From: Bdellovibrionota bacterium
GTDB taxonomy: Bacteria > Bdellovibrionota_C > UBA2361 > JAFLCA01
DNA length: 64,000 nt
Assembly: GCA_030584005.1 (NCBI GenBank)
Contig: CP129486.1
Coordinates: 1,855,933 to 1,919,932, forward strand
Reading direction: 5' to 3'
Shown: piece after piece, positions 36,339 to 46,765 of the stretch
How the letters are laid out: every line of letters starts with the position of its first letter
Numbering within the stretch: the stretch's first letter is position 1
Program-made: the position numbers and the translations under genes
The notes under the pieces: generated by a model
Database searches by the model: none
What the model saw: only the letters and a program-made list of their open reading frames with translations
What the model was told of the DNA's origin: nothing

Positions 36339-37703
36339 ATGACTCAATCCCCGTCTTTTACACAGTTCTCACTGTGCCCAGAAATCTTGTCCGTAGCGTC
36401 GCGTTGCGGATTTGTAGAACCGACTCCCGTGCAAGTTCAAGCCATCCCTGCTGTTTTAGAGGGAAAGGATGTGCTTGGCCTAGCCAATACCGGTACCGGT
36501 AAAACAGCAGCCTTTGCTCTTCCGCTGCTACAGCGACTAGGCAAGGGCGGACGCGCCAAACCCCGTGTCTTGGTGCTTACCCCTACCCGCGAACTGGCCC
36601 AACAGGTCCAGGAAACCTTCCATCGCTTCGGTGCTCCTTTAGGTCTTCGAAGTTGTGTGGTGATAGGCGGGGTCAGTCAGCACATGCAGGTACAGCGGTT
36701 TCGCCGTGGCGTAGATATCATCGTGGCCTGTCCGGGGCGCATACTCGACCACATCTCTCAGCGTAATGTGGACATGAGCTCGATCGAGTATCTCGTTCTT
36801 GATGAGGCTGACCACATGTTTGATATGGGTTTTTTGCCGGATGTGAGGCGGGTGCTCAAAGCGCTTCCTCAAAAGCGCCAGAATCTTTTCTTCTCGGCCA
36901 CCATGCCGCCCGAAGTGCGACGGTTGGCCTTGGAGTTGGTACGCGATCCTGTGACGGTCGATGTGCGTCAAGGGCAGGCTGCTGAAACAGTAGCCCATGC
37001 CATATATCAAATCGGCGCTGCACAGAAGACCGACCTGATGGTTGCGCTTCTTGAGGCCATGCATTCGGAGTCGGTGCTCGTGTTCACCAGAACCAAGCAC
37101 CGTGCCAAGAAGCTGGCGCGCGACCTCGAAATGCGGGGATTCAAGGCGACCTCTCTTCAGGGCAACCTCTCCCAGAATGCGCGCCAGAAAGCGATGGCGG
37201 ATTTTCGAAGTGGAGCGGTGCAGGTGCTTGTAGCGACCGACATTGCGGCGCGCGGAATCGATGTAGCCTCAATTTCGCATGTGGTGAACTATGACGTGCC
37301 GGTGACCCCCGAGATTTATGTACACCGAATTGGTCGTACAGGACGTGCGGCGCGTACTGGCAATGCGCTGACCCTGGTTACACCAGAGGATCATGGGCTT
37401 GTGCGGGCAGTCGAGCGGCACTTGAAGCAATCCATCGAAAGACGTGTGCATGAAGGCTTAGTAACCACTCTCGTGCGCCAACCGAGCCACCAGTCGAGTC
37501 AGCAGCCACTTGATAGCCGCCGCGGTCAAGCCGGTAATGACCAGCCGATGCGCGGAAGATCTTCACATAATCGTTCGCGGGGCGCTGGGCGCTGGGGCTC
37601 ACGCCCTGGGCGCGGGCGTTCGTCGCCTGGAGGAACCTTCTCGCGTTCTAGCCGCTCAAGACACAGCAGCTTTTCGGGCCGGGACGGTCGAGCTGGCTAC
37701 TAG
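36339..37703 (+). CDS. DEAD-box RNA helicase (RhlE-like)
   Basis: PTPVQ, ANTGTGKT, PTRELA, LDEAD, FSAT, VATDIAARGID, HRIGRTGRA; Arg/Gly/Ser-rich tail. Confidence 0.95.
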   Translation: MTQSPSFTQFSLCPEILSVASRCGFVEPTPVQVQAIPAVLEGKDVLGLANTGTGKTAAFALPLLQRLGKGGRAKPRVLVLTPTRELAQQVQETFHRFGAPLGLRSCVVIGGVSQHMQVQRFRRGVDIIVACPGRILDHISQRNVDMSSIEYLVLDEADHMFDMGFLPDVRRVLKALPQKRQNLFFSATMPPEVRRLALELVRDPVTVDVRQGQAAETVAHAIYQIGAAQKTDLMVALLEAMHSESVLVFTRTKHRAKKLARDLEMRGFKATSLQGNLSQNARQKAMADFRSGAVQVLVATDIAARGIDVASISHVVNYDVPVTPEIYVHRIGRTGRAARTGNALTLVTPEDHGLVRAVERHLKQSIERRVHEGLVTTLVRQPSHQSSQQPLDSRRGQAGNDQPMRGRSSHNRSRGAGRWGSRPGRGRSSPGGTFSRSSRSRHSSFSGRDGRAGY

Positions 37704-37873
37704 CCTCTCCGTTTGCTGGCTCGGCAAACGTCGTTCTTCTGTAGATCGAGCTTCGTGCTGGCTCTAGTCTGAGGAAGATGGCCGCGCTTCTGGTCGAACC
37801 ATAATTGCGATTGTCACCGGCTTCTCTCTGCTGCTAAAACCGCAGCTGTTCTGTCTTACGGAGGGATACTCAT

Positions 37874-38431
37874 ATGTTTCGAATCGCTGCTCTTAGCGTC
37901 TTGTTGTTCGGTATTTTAGCATCGAGTGCATCGGCTGATGTGCTGTGCGCCAAAAAGAAGGTCAAGGTTGTTGGGGGCCGCGTTAACCTTGCTAATAATC
38001 TTACTATCGAAGCTGATGGAAGCTGCCCTACCAGCCATTCGCTGATTAAGGATTTTGGCACTATAAATGATCCACAGGTCGCAGCCTTTGCTCGCATCAA
38101 CCAGGCGGCAGAAGTGCTCAGTTTCGGTGGAACCGGCGTCACTGCAGTAAGCAGCACCCAGTCCATTGCTACCTACACGCAGTGGGATGTAACTTTTACC
38201 GGCAATTTTGAAGGGCTGAGTGACACCGATTCGGCTGACAATCAGAACCGTTTCACAGTGCTCACAACGGCGGCTTCGAATAGCTTTGGTGTGACAAACG
38301 CCTTTATTACGGCGGCAACTGCGACTGAGGTCACCGTGCGCGTATTTATCTGGAAGAGCGACGATCTTTCAAATGGTTACCAGAGTGGAATCTTTGTAGC
38401 GCTTCTGCAGGGAGAGCTTCCGGCCAGTTAA
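37874..38431 (+). CDS. Hypothetical secreted protein
   Basis: Signal peptide (ASA-D); small N-terminal Cys pair; Thr/Ser-rich beta domain; GGAGG SD. Confidence 0.7.
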   Translation: MFRIAALSVLLFGILASSASADVLCAKKKVKVVGGRVNLANNLTIEADGSCPTSHSLIKDFGTINDPQVAAFARINQAAEVLSFGGTGVTAVSSTQSIATYTQWDVTFTGNFEGLSDTDSADNQNRFTVLTTAASNSFGVTNAFITAATATEVTVRVFIWKSDDLSNGYQSGIFVALLQGELPAS

Positions 38432-38569
38432 GTAATCGTTGGCTCTGGAATATTATTTCCGAGCGGCGCAAGGCACTTGCTCATGCAGCTCCTGTGTGAG
38501 TAAGTGCCTTGTGGCATTTTCTGGCGCACCCTTTTGCTCCACCTTGATGAGTACCGGTAAGGATAATCG

Positions 38570-39355
38570 ATGCGGCTCCCAATATTTCAAGTTGATGCAT
38601 TCACGAACGAGCTTTTTAGGGGCAATCCTGCTGCCGTATGCCCCCTTGAAGAGTGGCTTCCTGACCAGCTCATGCAGGCTATCGCCATGGAGAACAATCT
38701 CTCTGAGACCGCCTTCTTCCTGGGGAAAGAGGGGCTATATGAGATCCGCTGGTTTACGCCGATCTCTGAGGTGGACCTGTGCGGACATGCGACCCTCGCA
38801 GCGGCATTCGTGATCTTTACCTTCAAGGAGCCGCACCGGATGATGCTTCGGTTTCATTCAAAGAGCGGGGCACTCGAGGTGTCAAACAATGGGGATACGA
38901 TCGCCCTGGATTTTCCTGCTGCGTTTGGTGAACAGCGCCCGGCGCCGCCTTTGATTAGCCAGGCGCTGGGGGTACCACCCATCGAGTACTACTTCGGTGA
39001 TTCTCACCTGGTGTTATTGGAGAGTGAGAAAGTGGTGGCAAGCCTCACCCCTAACCTAGAGCTGATTGCCCGGCTCCCAGGGATGGGGCTAGTAGTAACG
39101 GCTCGAGGCGAACAGTGCGACTTCGTTTCGCGATACTTTGCACCACAGATTGGCATTAATGAGGATCCGGTGACCGGGGCTACCCACTGCTATCTCGTTC
39201 CCTACTGGGCCAAGCGGCTTGGCAAGAGCGCGCTGTATGCAAAGCAGCTTTCGGCACGGGGTGGCGAGTTGTTTTGTGAGGATCGGGGAGAGAGAGTCTC
39301 AATCGCCGGTCATGCTGTCATGTACCTCCAGGGCGAAATTACTATTTCAAGTTGA
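38570..39355 (+). CDS. PhzF-family isomerase
   Basis: FQVDAFT..F.GNPAAV, ENNLSETAF, EVDLCGHATLA, RYFAP..GINEDPVTG. Confidence 0.93.
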   Translation: MRLPIFQVDAFTNELFRGNPAAVCPLEEWLPDQLMQAIAMENNLSETAFFLGKEGLYEIRWFTPISEVDLCGHATLAAAFVIFTFKEPHRMMLRFHSKSGALEVSNNGDTIALDFPAAFGEQRPAPPLISQALGVPPIEYYFGDSHLVLLESEKVVASLTPNLELIARLPGMGLVVTARGEQCDFVSRYFAPQIGINEDPVTGATHCYLVPYWAKRLGKSALYAKQLSARGGELFCEDRGERVSIAGHAVMYLQGEITISS

Positions 39356-39435
39356 ATTGCGGGCAATGTTCGGGCTGAATCGGAACTCTTTCAACCCGTT
39401 CTTGGGAATAAAAAATCGGCGTAGTCTTGCGGTAG

Positions 39436-39480
39436 AATTCGAAACCAGGGGCGGAGGGCATGCTGCCACTCCGCCCCTGG
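39436..39480. terminator. Hairpin terminator between convergent phzF-like gene and GC-rich ORF
   Basis: ccaggggcggag / ctccgcccctgg perfect 12-bp stem; short U-tract on the minus strand. Confidence 0.65.
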
Positions 39481-39506
39481 GCGAAGGAGAACCGTTGTAA
39501 ACATCT

Positions 39507-40181
39507 CTACTCTGCCAGCCGGAGGGTGTCGCCGTCCTGTTTGGGCGCGCTGTTGGGTTCAGTGGCGGCGACTGGGGTGGGTTCCGTCGGCGGCTGAACC
39601 CGCTCGGGAGCGGTGGCGGACTTCGCTGCTCCATTCGTCGAAGTGGCGGGGGGCTGCGGTTTCGGCACCGAGTCCCTGCCCGGATCGAAGCCAGCGATCA
39701 CGCCGTGCGCCATGTGGAGCGCCTGGGGCTGCAGCTGCGCGGGCAGCGACAGAATCAGGCTCTGCATGGCCCGCACCCGCTCATTGGCCTTGACCCACTT
39801 GCGCATGATGCGGCCGAGGGCGATCCCAGTCCAGCACTCGGTCAGATCTCCGTTGACCTCGGGGAACTCCCCCATGTCATCCTGGAGGTGCTGGTACCAC
39901 TTGCTGGGGTCATCGCCGGCAGCACGGAGCAGCTCCTCGACCCTCCCCCTCAGGCTGCGATTCTTCTCCGCATCCACGAGGCGAGACTGCACCTCCGCGG
40001 CCTTGAGTGGCTGCGGCTCCAGCGGCTTCTCGATGGCCGAGAACTGCTTCTTGGCGTCGGGGCCGCTGATGATGAAACGACCGTCGCCGAACTTCTTCTT
40101 GGCGGCCTCCTCAAGCGTCTTCCTGTCCTTCGACAGGAGGCTCCCATTGAGGTCGGTGACACGAGGTCGGAACAACCGCAT
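39507..40181 (-). CDS. Hypothetical protein on a high-GC cassette
   Basis: AAGGAGA SD 6 nt before ATG; about 70% GC in sampled lines; Pro/Thr/Ala-rich disordered C-tail. Confidence 0.65.
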   Translation of the reverse strand: MRLFRPRVTDLNGSLLSKDRKTLEEAAKKKFGDGRFIISGPDAKKQFSAIEKPLEPQPLKAAEVQSRLVDAEKNRSLRGRVEELLRAAGDDPSKWYQHLQDDMGEFPEVNGDLTECWTGIALGRIMRKWVKANERVRAMQSLILSLPAQLQPQALHMAHGVIAGFDPGRDSVPKPQPPATSTNGAAKSATAPERVQPPTEPTPVAATEPNSAPKQDGDTLRLAE

Positions 40182-40194
40182 GGCCGTTCTCCTT

Positions 40195-40384
40195 GTAATG
40201 CTGCCCCCTGGGGGGCTGGTGTGATTCGCAATCCAACAGCCCTCGACATTCGGGGGTGCTGCTGCGAGTCCTAGATGGGGCTGCCCAGCTACGACTCGCA
40301 GCAGCGATCAGCACAAGGGAAAAGGCGGATAAACCTTACTACTTGCAAGACTACACCTCCAAGGGGTGATACCTCTTGGAGGTG
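40195..40384 (-). other. Multi-hairpin structured leader (candidate cis-regulatory or ncRNA element)
   Basis: Stems gctgctgcgagtc/gactcgcagcagc (40258-40305), cacctccaag/cttggaggtg (40354-40384) and gggctg..cagccc (40213-40243). Confidence 0.4.
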
Positions 40385-40611
40385 GTCATGGAGTTCCTCT
40401 ACCGCAGCGATATCAGCTTAATGAACAGTGCGTTGCACTGTAGTCCTGTCCTGCGGCCTAATCAAAGGGCTCTTTGCGAACGCGTGCCCAGTGGGCCAGA
40501 CCCCATCTGTGCGCCTGCGCTCTTGTATTCTAAGGCGGCGCGATGATTAGCGATTTGCTCTCCCCTCCGGCCTCGCGTAAGCTCTCCTCGTTACAATACA
40601 CGCTTGATTGA

Positions 40612-42048
40612 ATGGGCTGCTTTTTACAGCTGATACGATGGAGGACTGCGCTGCTGCTTGCCGCAGCGCTGCTTGCTTCCACCAGCTGTAGCCTCCACGA
40701 GATTAATCCCCAGCCTCATCCGATCGTGGAACCCCCCGCTCGATTCGTTTTTGATGGGGATGCCGTCACGGGGCACGTTCTGCACATTGACCCCACTGAG
40801 TCGTGGTGGAGGCACTTCGGCGATCCCGTCCTCGACCAGTTGGTAGAAGAGTCCCTTCAACAGAACCTCGATCTTCGAGCGGCCATGGCGCGACTGGCCC
40901 AAGCGACAGCCATCACACGCCAATCCAAGAGCGTTCTTTTCCCCGAATTGGCGCTGGAGGCACGCAGTGATGGAGAGATCGATGCCGACTCAAGTTCGAG
41001 CTTTTCAGTACTCGTGGGACCACTTCTCTCCTGGGAGCTCGACTTTTTCCGGCGCAACTATTCGGAGTATCTGGCCAGGGGATTCGCTGAACAGGCGGCA
41101 GTGGAGGACTACGAGGCGGCCAAACTGATTTTGAGCACTGCCATCGTTAACTCATACTATGAGACGATAGAACAGAAGCGGCAGCTCGCGCTGCTGCAGG
41201 CACAGGTGGGGGTAGATCGCGAATTGCTAGAGCTGATTGAATTACGATTCAAAGGCGGACTGGTTTCTACCGTTGATGTACTGCAGCAGCGTGGACAGCT
41301 CGCCGAAACCGAGAGCCTGATCCCTATTGCTGAAGCCCGCGCTTACCGGCTCGAGAATCAGATCGATGTACTCTTGGGGCGCTACCCTGATGGCAAGGAA
41401 CGAGTGAAGCAAGAGAGCACCCTGCCTCTATTGAATGCGCAGGGCAGTGTGGCGCTACCGGTAGAAGCATTGCTTGATCGACCTGATATTAGGGCGGAAC
41501 GATTGAGGTTAGTATCAGCGGATGCGGAGATAGGTAGGGCGATTGCGGATCGCTTTCCGCGGCTGATGATCGAAGGGGGTTACGGGTATGCGAACACCCA
41601 AGATGATGCTGGGTTTGCCGGGACGCTGCAAAGTATCTTTACCCTCCCCTTGCTCGACTGGGGTAGACGGCGTGCGGAAGTGACCCGTAACGAGGCCTTA
41701 TATGATGAGCGATTAGCACGCTTCAGCGCTGCCTTGATTCGCGGCGTTCAGGAGGTAGAGGATACCCTCTATCTGCTTAAGAAGCAGGCTGAGTTCTTGA
41801 GCAAATTGGAGGCGCGAAGGGAGATTCTCACCGCGACAGTGGAAGAATCGCGCTTGCGATACAGTCAGGGACTCACGGATTACCTTCCTGTGCTTGATGC
41901 GGTGCAGGAGCTGCGTCAGATAGAGCGTGAATTATTGACTGAGCAGCGGGAATTAGTGGCGCTGCGCATACAGCTCCATCGCGCCATAGGCGGACCGATG
42001 GGACCAAAAAGCGGGATAAAGGAAGTGAAGGATGAAGCGCTCTCTTAG
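40612..42048 (+). CDS. Outer-membrane efflux lipoprotein (OprM/NodT/TolC family)
   Basis: Lipobox STSC; WWRHFGDPVLDQLVEESLQQNLDLRAA, SWELDFF, RPDIRAE, LHRAIGG. Confidence 0.9.
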   Translation: MGCFLQLIRWRTALLLAAALLASTSCSLHEINPQPHPIVEPPARFVFDGDAVTGHVLHIDPTESWWRHFGDPVLDQLVEESLQQNLDLRAAMARLAQATAITRQSKSVLFPELALEARSDGEIDADSSSSFSVLVGPLLSWELDFFRRNYSEYLARGFAEQAAVEDYEAAKLILSTAIVNSYYETIEQKRQLALLQAQVGVDRELLELIELRFKGGLVSTVDVLQQRGQLAETESLIPIAEARAYRLENQIDVLLGRYPDGKERVKQESTLPLLNAQGSVALPVEALLDRPDIRAERLRLVSADAEIGRAIADRFPRLMIEGGYGYANTQDDAGFAGTLQSIFTLPLLDWGRRRAEVTRNEALYDERLARFSAALIRGVQEVEDTLYLLKKQAEFLSKLEARREILTATVEESRLRYSQGLTDYLPVLDAVQELRQIERELLTEQRELVALRIQLHRAIGGPMGPKSGIKEVKDEALS

Positions 42049-43153
42049 TACAGCAAGATTGATGGGCCGCCGTGTGGGGATCGCACTCGTATGTGTGTGT
42101 GGGCCCCTCGTGACGGTCCAGGCTCAGTCCGAGCGAACAACCGAGAAAGCGGTGCCTGTTTTTGTGGCTACTGCTCGCCAAGATATGTTCAGCGATCGGA
42201 TAGAAGCGCTTGGAACCCTTCGCGCCAATGAAAGCGTTACCCTCACCGCAACGGTGGCTGAGACCGTGCGCGCGATTCATTTTGAGGACGGACAGCGTGT
42301 AGAGAAGGGCCAGGTTCTCGCAGAAATGACCAGCGCCGAGGAGCACGCGCTCCTTGAGGAAGCGCGCGCAGAGTCAAAAGAGGCCGCCTTACAGTTCGAA
42401 AGGTTGAGGCCGCTGATGGATCGAGGCGCGGTACCCGCTTCGACAGCGGACGAACGGAAGCGCAATCTTCAAACGGCGGAAGCGCGGCTCCGCGCGATTG
42501 AATCTCGGTTGGACGATAGGCTGATTGTAGCCCCCTTCGCCGGTAAGGTGGGCCTGCGCAACATAAGCGTCGGGGCGTTAGTAAGTCCAGGTGATGTCAT
42601 CACGACCCTCGATGATGACTCTATTATGAAGCTTGATTTCTCGGTGCCCAGCGTCTTCCTTTCATCGCTTAAGCCTGGGTTGAAGATCGTAGCGCGTGGA
42701 CGCGGCACGTTGAAGGATGCCTATGAGGGAACGTTGAGCAGTATTGACAGCCGCATCGATCAGGCCACCCGCTCGGTGCTTGTTCGAGCGGTCCTGCCCA
42801 ACGAAGAGCGCAGCCTTGTTCCAGGGCTTCTGATGACGGTGGAGCTGGTGAGCAATCCCCGGCAGGCACTAATGATTCCAGAGGAAGCGTTGATAGCTCT
42901 GGGCAAGAAAAGCTTCGTATTGAGAGTGCTGCCGCAGGGAGAGGGTTCCAGCGTGGAACGGAGGGAGGTCGTGCTGGGGGCCCGCAGGCCCGGCGAGGTG
43001 GAGATAGTTGGCGGTTTGAATGCGGGCGATACGGTGGTCGTGCATGGGACAATGCAGGCCAGACCAGGGGTGCCGATTCGTATTCTCAGCACCCTCGCCC
43101 CGGGGCAATCTGTGGAAGAGGTGCTAAAGAGCCTTACGAGTGATGCCGCATGA
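42032..43153 (+). CDS. RND efflux periplasmic adaptor (MFP)
   Basis: GTLRANESVTL, FEDGQRVEKGQVLA, IVAPFAGKVG, IDSRID..TRSV, GLNAGDTVV. Confidence 0.9.
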   Translation: MKRSLSTARLMGRRVGIALVCVCGPLVTVQAQSERTTEKAVPVFVATARQDMFSDRIEALGTLRANESVTLTATVAETVRAIHFEDGQRVEKGQVLAEMTSAEEHALLEEARAESKEAALQFERLRPLMDRGAVPASTADERKRNLQTAEARLRAIESRLDDRLIVAPFAGKVGLRNISVGALVSPGDVITTLDDDSIMKLDFSVPSVFLSSLKPGLKIVARGRGTLKDAYEGTLSSIDSRIDQATRSVLVRAVLPNEERSLVPGLLMTVELVSNPRQALMIPEEALIALGKKSFVLRVLPQGEGSSVERREVVLGARRPGEVEIVGGLNAGDTVVVHGTMQARPGVPIRILSTLAPGQSVEEVLKSLTSDAA

Positions 43154-46100
43154 GATTGTCCGATCTCTCTGTCACTAGACCCGTATTTGCCTCAGTGCTT
43201 TCACTGCTGCTGATTGTCTTTGGCCTGGGGTCCTTCTCGCGGCTCCCCCTGCGTGAGTATCCCGACATTGATCCACCCGTCGTTTCGATTGAGACGCGCT
43301 ACCGGGGAGCTGCGGCGGCGGTGGTAGAGACGAGAATCACAGAGTTGATTGAGGAGCGGATTTCGGGAGTCGAAGGAATCCGCTTCATTCAATCATCGAG
43401 TGAGGATGGGCGGTCCTCGGTGAATGTGGAGTTCTCGACCGATCGCGACATTGACGGCGCAGCCAATGATATTCGGGATCGCGTCTTCAGCATCCTCGAT
43501 GAACTGCCCGATGAGGCGGATCCCCCCGAGATAAGAAAAGTTGACTCAAATGAGGACGTGATTCTTTGGCTCAATTTGGGCAGTGACCGTATGTCGGTGC
43601 CCGAGCTGACAGACTATGCCGATCGCTACCTTGTCGATCGCTTTTCAGTGCTGGATGGCGTGGCTCGCGTGCGCATCGGCGGTGAGCAGCGCTATGCCAT
43701 GCGCATATGGATTGACCGAAGCGAATTGGCGGCGCGCAACCTTACTATCGATGACGTGGAAGTAGCGCTGCGGCGGGAGAACGTGGAGCTGCCGGCCGGC
43801 ACTATCGAATCGATTGAGAAGCAGTTTACGGTGCGGGTTGAACGGGCCTTTAGGACGGTCGATGACTTTAGACGCATGGCCGTCGCGCGTGGCGAGCAGG
43901 GATACTTGGTCCGTCTTGGCGACATTGCGCGCGTCGAGCGCGGCACTGAGGAGGAGCGCAATCTCTTCCGAGGCAATGGCATTCCGATGGTGGGCATCGG
44001 CATCGTAAAGCAGAGCACGGCCAACACCATTGCGGTAGCGCGGGCTGCCAAGGCTGAGATGACGCGGCTCAATCCCCTGCTCCCTGAGGGTATGCAGATT
44101 AGGGAGAGCTACGACAGTTCGGTGTTCATCGAGGGCGCCATTCATGAGGTGTATATTTCGCTTGCCATCACCATACTCCTGGTGATCGGAGTGATCTACC
44201 TGTTCCTGGGAGATGTGCGTGCGACGCTCGTACCGGCCGTCGCGGTGCCGGTTTCTGTCGTAGCTGCTTTCATAGTGCTGTATGCGCTAGGTCTTTCGGT
44301 GAACATATTAACTTTGCTGGCCTTGGTATTGGCGATAGGCATAGTCGTCGACGATGCGATTGTGGTGCTTGAGAATGTACACAGGAGGATCGAGGAACAT
44401 GGGGAAAGCCCCCTCGTCGCAGCATTCCACGGTACACGTGAAGTAGCCTTCGCCGTGATCGCTACGACCCTTGTGCTTATGGCGGTGTTCGTTCCGATCG
44501 CGTTTCTAGAGGGTGATATAGGAAGGTTGTTTTCGGAGTTTTCTATCACGCTCTCTGCGGCCGTCGCATTCTCAAGCCTCGTTGCCCTGTCCCTCTCCCC
44601 AATGCTCGCTTCTAAACTGCTTGGGCGGCGTGGTGCATCTCGGGGCAAGGTGGCGCTACTGGTCGACCGATTCTTTTTGGGACTGCGGGGGCGCTATCAG
44701 GCGTTGCTTGAACGGGTCTTGTTGAAGCCACGATCAATGATCCTCTCCTTTGGGCTTTCGATCCCCCTTTCATTGATCCTCTTTGTCTACCTTCCATCGG
44801 AGTACACACCAAAGGAAGATCGTGGAGCCTTCTTCGTGCAGGTCAATGGGCCGGAGGGAGCGTCATTTAACTATATGAAGCACTATATGGCGGAGATTGA
44901 ACGGCGGCTCCTGCCGATGCTGGAGACCCATGGGTTGCAGCGCCTTCTCGTACGCGCGCCGCGAACATTCGGATCTTCGCAGTCTTTTAATACTGGAATT
45001 GTCGTCATAACCTTGAAGGATTGGGGGGGGAGAGCTTCGGCGTGGGAGGTGATGGCGGAAGTTTCACGGCGCCTCGCCGACCTACCTGGCGTGCGAGCTT
45101 TCCCGGTCATGCGGCAGGGATTCGGTGGAGGAATTCAGAAGCCCGTCCAGTTTGTGATCGGAGGTGGAACGTACGAGGAGCTGGCGTCCTGGCGAGACAT
45201 CCTCATTGAAAAGATCAATTCCGATAATCCAGGGCTGCTGGGCATTGATTGGGATTATAAGGAGACAAAACCGCAGATTCAGGTGCGCATAGATTATGAC
45301 CGGGCCGCTGACTTAGGGGTGAGTGTAGAGAGTATCGGGCGGACCCTTGAGTCAATGCTGGGATCGAGGCGGGTCACGACGTACATCGAGGATGGGGAGG
45401 AGTACGACGTTCTGATCGAGGGGGAACGGGATCTTCAACGCACCGCGGGCGCGGTTGAGAATATGTATGTGCGGTCTGCGCGCACTCAATCCTTGATTCC
45501 CCTCTCAAACTTGGTGACATTTGAAGAGCGTGCCGATGCAAGCAGTTTGAACCGTTATAATCGGGTGCGTGCGGTCACCCTCGAGGCTAATCTCGATTCT
45601 GGCCTTGCGTTGGGAGGAGCTTTGAGCTTCTTGGAGCGGCTTGTGGATGAGCACCTCCCCGATGAGGTAATCGTAGACTACAAGGGACAGTCGCAGGATT
45701 TTAAAGCGTTTGGCGCCTCGATCGTGTTTACATTTCTGCTCGGTCTTTGCGTGGTGTTCCTGGTGCTGGCGGCGCAGTTTGAAAGCTATGTGCACCCCCT
45801 GATCATCATGGTAACGGTACCGCTGGCTATGGTGGGGGGACTGCTCGGGCTTTTCGTGAGCGGACAGACCCTCAATCTCTACAGCCAAGTGGCCCTGATT
45901 ATTCTGGTTGGTATCGCCACTAAGAATGCAATCTTGATTGTTGAATTCGCCAATCAGCTAAGGGATCGAGGGCACGACTTTGCGAGGGCGCTGGTCGATG
46001 CCTCAGCACTCCGGTTAAGGCCGATTTTAATGACGGCGATTACGGCGATTGTCGGCGCGGTACCGCTGCTCCTGGCTTCAGGACCGGGGTCTGAAACACG

Positions 46101-46272
46101 CTTCTCTATCGGCGTGGTGATCTTTTTTGGGGTTACGATTGCAACTCTGTATACGCTCTTCGTCGTGCCAGTGGCCTATAGTTTGCTGGCACGCGGCACT
46201 GGCTCACCGGGAGCGGTGGCCAGGCAGCTTGCCGCAGAAGAGCAAAGTGGCGGGGCCTCCCCTACCGCCTGA
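43150..46272 (+). CDS. RND efflux permease (AcrB/AcrD/AcrF family)
   Basis: LPLREYPDIDPP, AIGIVVDDAIVVLEN, GIATKNAILIVEFA, RLRPILMTA; ATGA overlap with the MFP gene. Confidence 0.95.
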   Translation: MRLSDLSVTRPVFASVLSLLLIVFGLGSFSRLPLREYPDIDPPVVSIETRYRGAAAAVVETRITELIEERISGVEGIRFIQSSSEDGRSSVNVEFSTDRDIDGAANDIRDRVFSILDELPDEADPPEIRKVDSNEDVILWLNLGSDRMSVPELTDYADRYLVDRFSVLDGVARVRIGGEQRYAMRIWIDRSELAARNLTIDDVEVALRRENVELPAGTIESIEKQFTVRVERAFRTVDDFRRMAVARGEQGYLVRLGDIARVERGTEEERNLFRGNGIPMVGIGIVKQSTANTIAVARAAKAEMTRLNPLLPEGMQIRESYDSSVFIEGAIHEVYISLAITILLVIGVIYLFLGDVRATLVPAVAVPVSVVAAFIVLYALGLSVNILTLLALVLAIGIVVDDAIVVLENVHRRIEEHGESPLVAAFHGTREVAFAVIATTLVLMAVFVPIAFLEGDIGRLFSEFSITLSAAVAFSSLVALSLSPMLASKLLGRRGASRGKVALLVDRFFLGLRGRYQALLERVLLKPRSMILSFGLSIPLSLILFVYLPSEYTPKEDRGAFFVQVNGPEGASFNYMKHYMAEIERRLLPMLETHGLQRLLVRAPRTFGSSQSFNTGIVVITLKDWGGRASAWEVMAEVSRRLADLPGVRAFPVMRQGFGGGIQKPVQFVIGGGTYEELASWRDILIEKINSDNPGLLGIDWDYKETKPQIQVRIDYDRAADLGVSVESIGRTLESMLGSRRVTTYIEDGEEYDVLIEGERDLQRTAGAVENMYVRSARTQSLIPLSNLVTFEERADASSLNRYNRVRAVTLEANLDSGLALGGALSFLERLVDEHLPDEVIVDYKGQSQDFKAFGASIVFTFLLGLCVVFLVLAAQFESYVHPLIIMVTVPLAMVGGLLGLFVSGQTLNLYSQVALIILVGIATKNAILIVEFANQLRDRGHDFARALVDASALRLRPILMTAITAIVGAVPLLLASGPGSETRFSIGVVIFFGVTIATLYTLFVVPVAYSLLARGTGSPGAVARQLAAEEQSGGASPTA

Positions 46273-46657
46273 TGCCGAGTTCGCTCAAAATCCGAAGGAG
46301 GTCATCGTGCACGATCGGCTTAACAAGATACGCGCCGCATCCCGCATCAAAGGCTTCCTGGAGATTCTTGCCCTCGGAGAGCGCGGTTGTCATGATCACC
46401 TTTGCTGCTTTTCCTCCGCTGATTTTTCGCGTGGACTCCTCGTTGCGCAGTTCTCGAAGCACTTCGAGACCATTCATGAAGGGCATCATGATGTCCAGGC
46501 ACACAAGGTGGTAGGGAGTACCGCTGTCGAGTCCCTTGGTCAGGAGCTCCATAGCTTCGCGCCCATTACTTGCGATATCACACTGTCCATAGCTGGAAAG
46601 CAGCCGAGCAAGTAGAGCGCGGGACACTATATCATCTTCGACGATCAGGATTCTCAT
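46262..46657 (-). CDS. Single-domain response regulator (CheY-like)
   Basis: MRILIVEDD, CLDIMMP..NGLEVL, VIMTTA, YLVKP. Confidence 0.9.
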   Translation of the reverse strand: MRILIVEDDIVSRALLARLLSSYGQCDIASNGREAMELLTKGLDSGTPYHLVCLDIMMPFMNGLEVLRELRNEESTRKISGGKAAKVIMTTALSEGKNLQEAFDAGCGAYLVKPIVHDDLLRILSELGIRR

Positions 46658-46765
46658 AAGCAAAAAGCCGACAAGAGTGAATTGTAGGAGAGTCAGTTCC
46701 TAGGGAAACACTGTAGAGGCTATAGCCGCTTTTTTGCTCGAGGGAAATAGCGCATGCTGCAGGAG

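Noticed and set aside
40205-40260. tmRNA-like 5' end (gggggctg..gattcg)
   Set aside because: No matching 3' T-arm/CCA end or tag reading frame nearby
39613-40274. Two long plus-strand ORFs (203 and 189 aa)
   Set aside because: Stop-poor shadows caused by high GC; only the minus-strand ORF has a good SD and ATG
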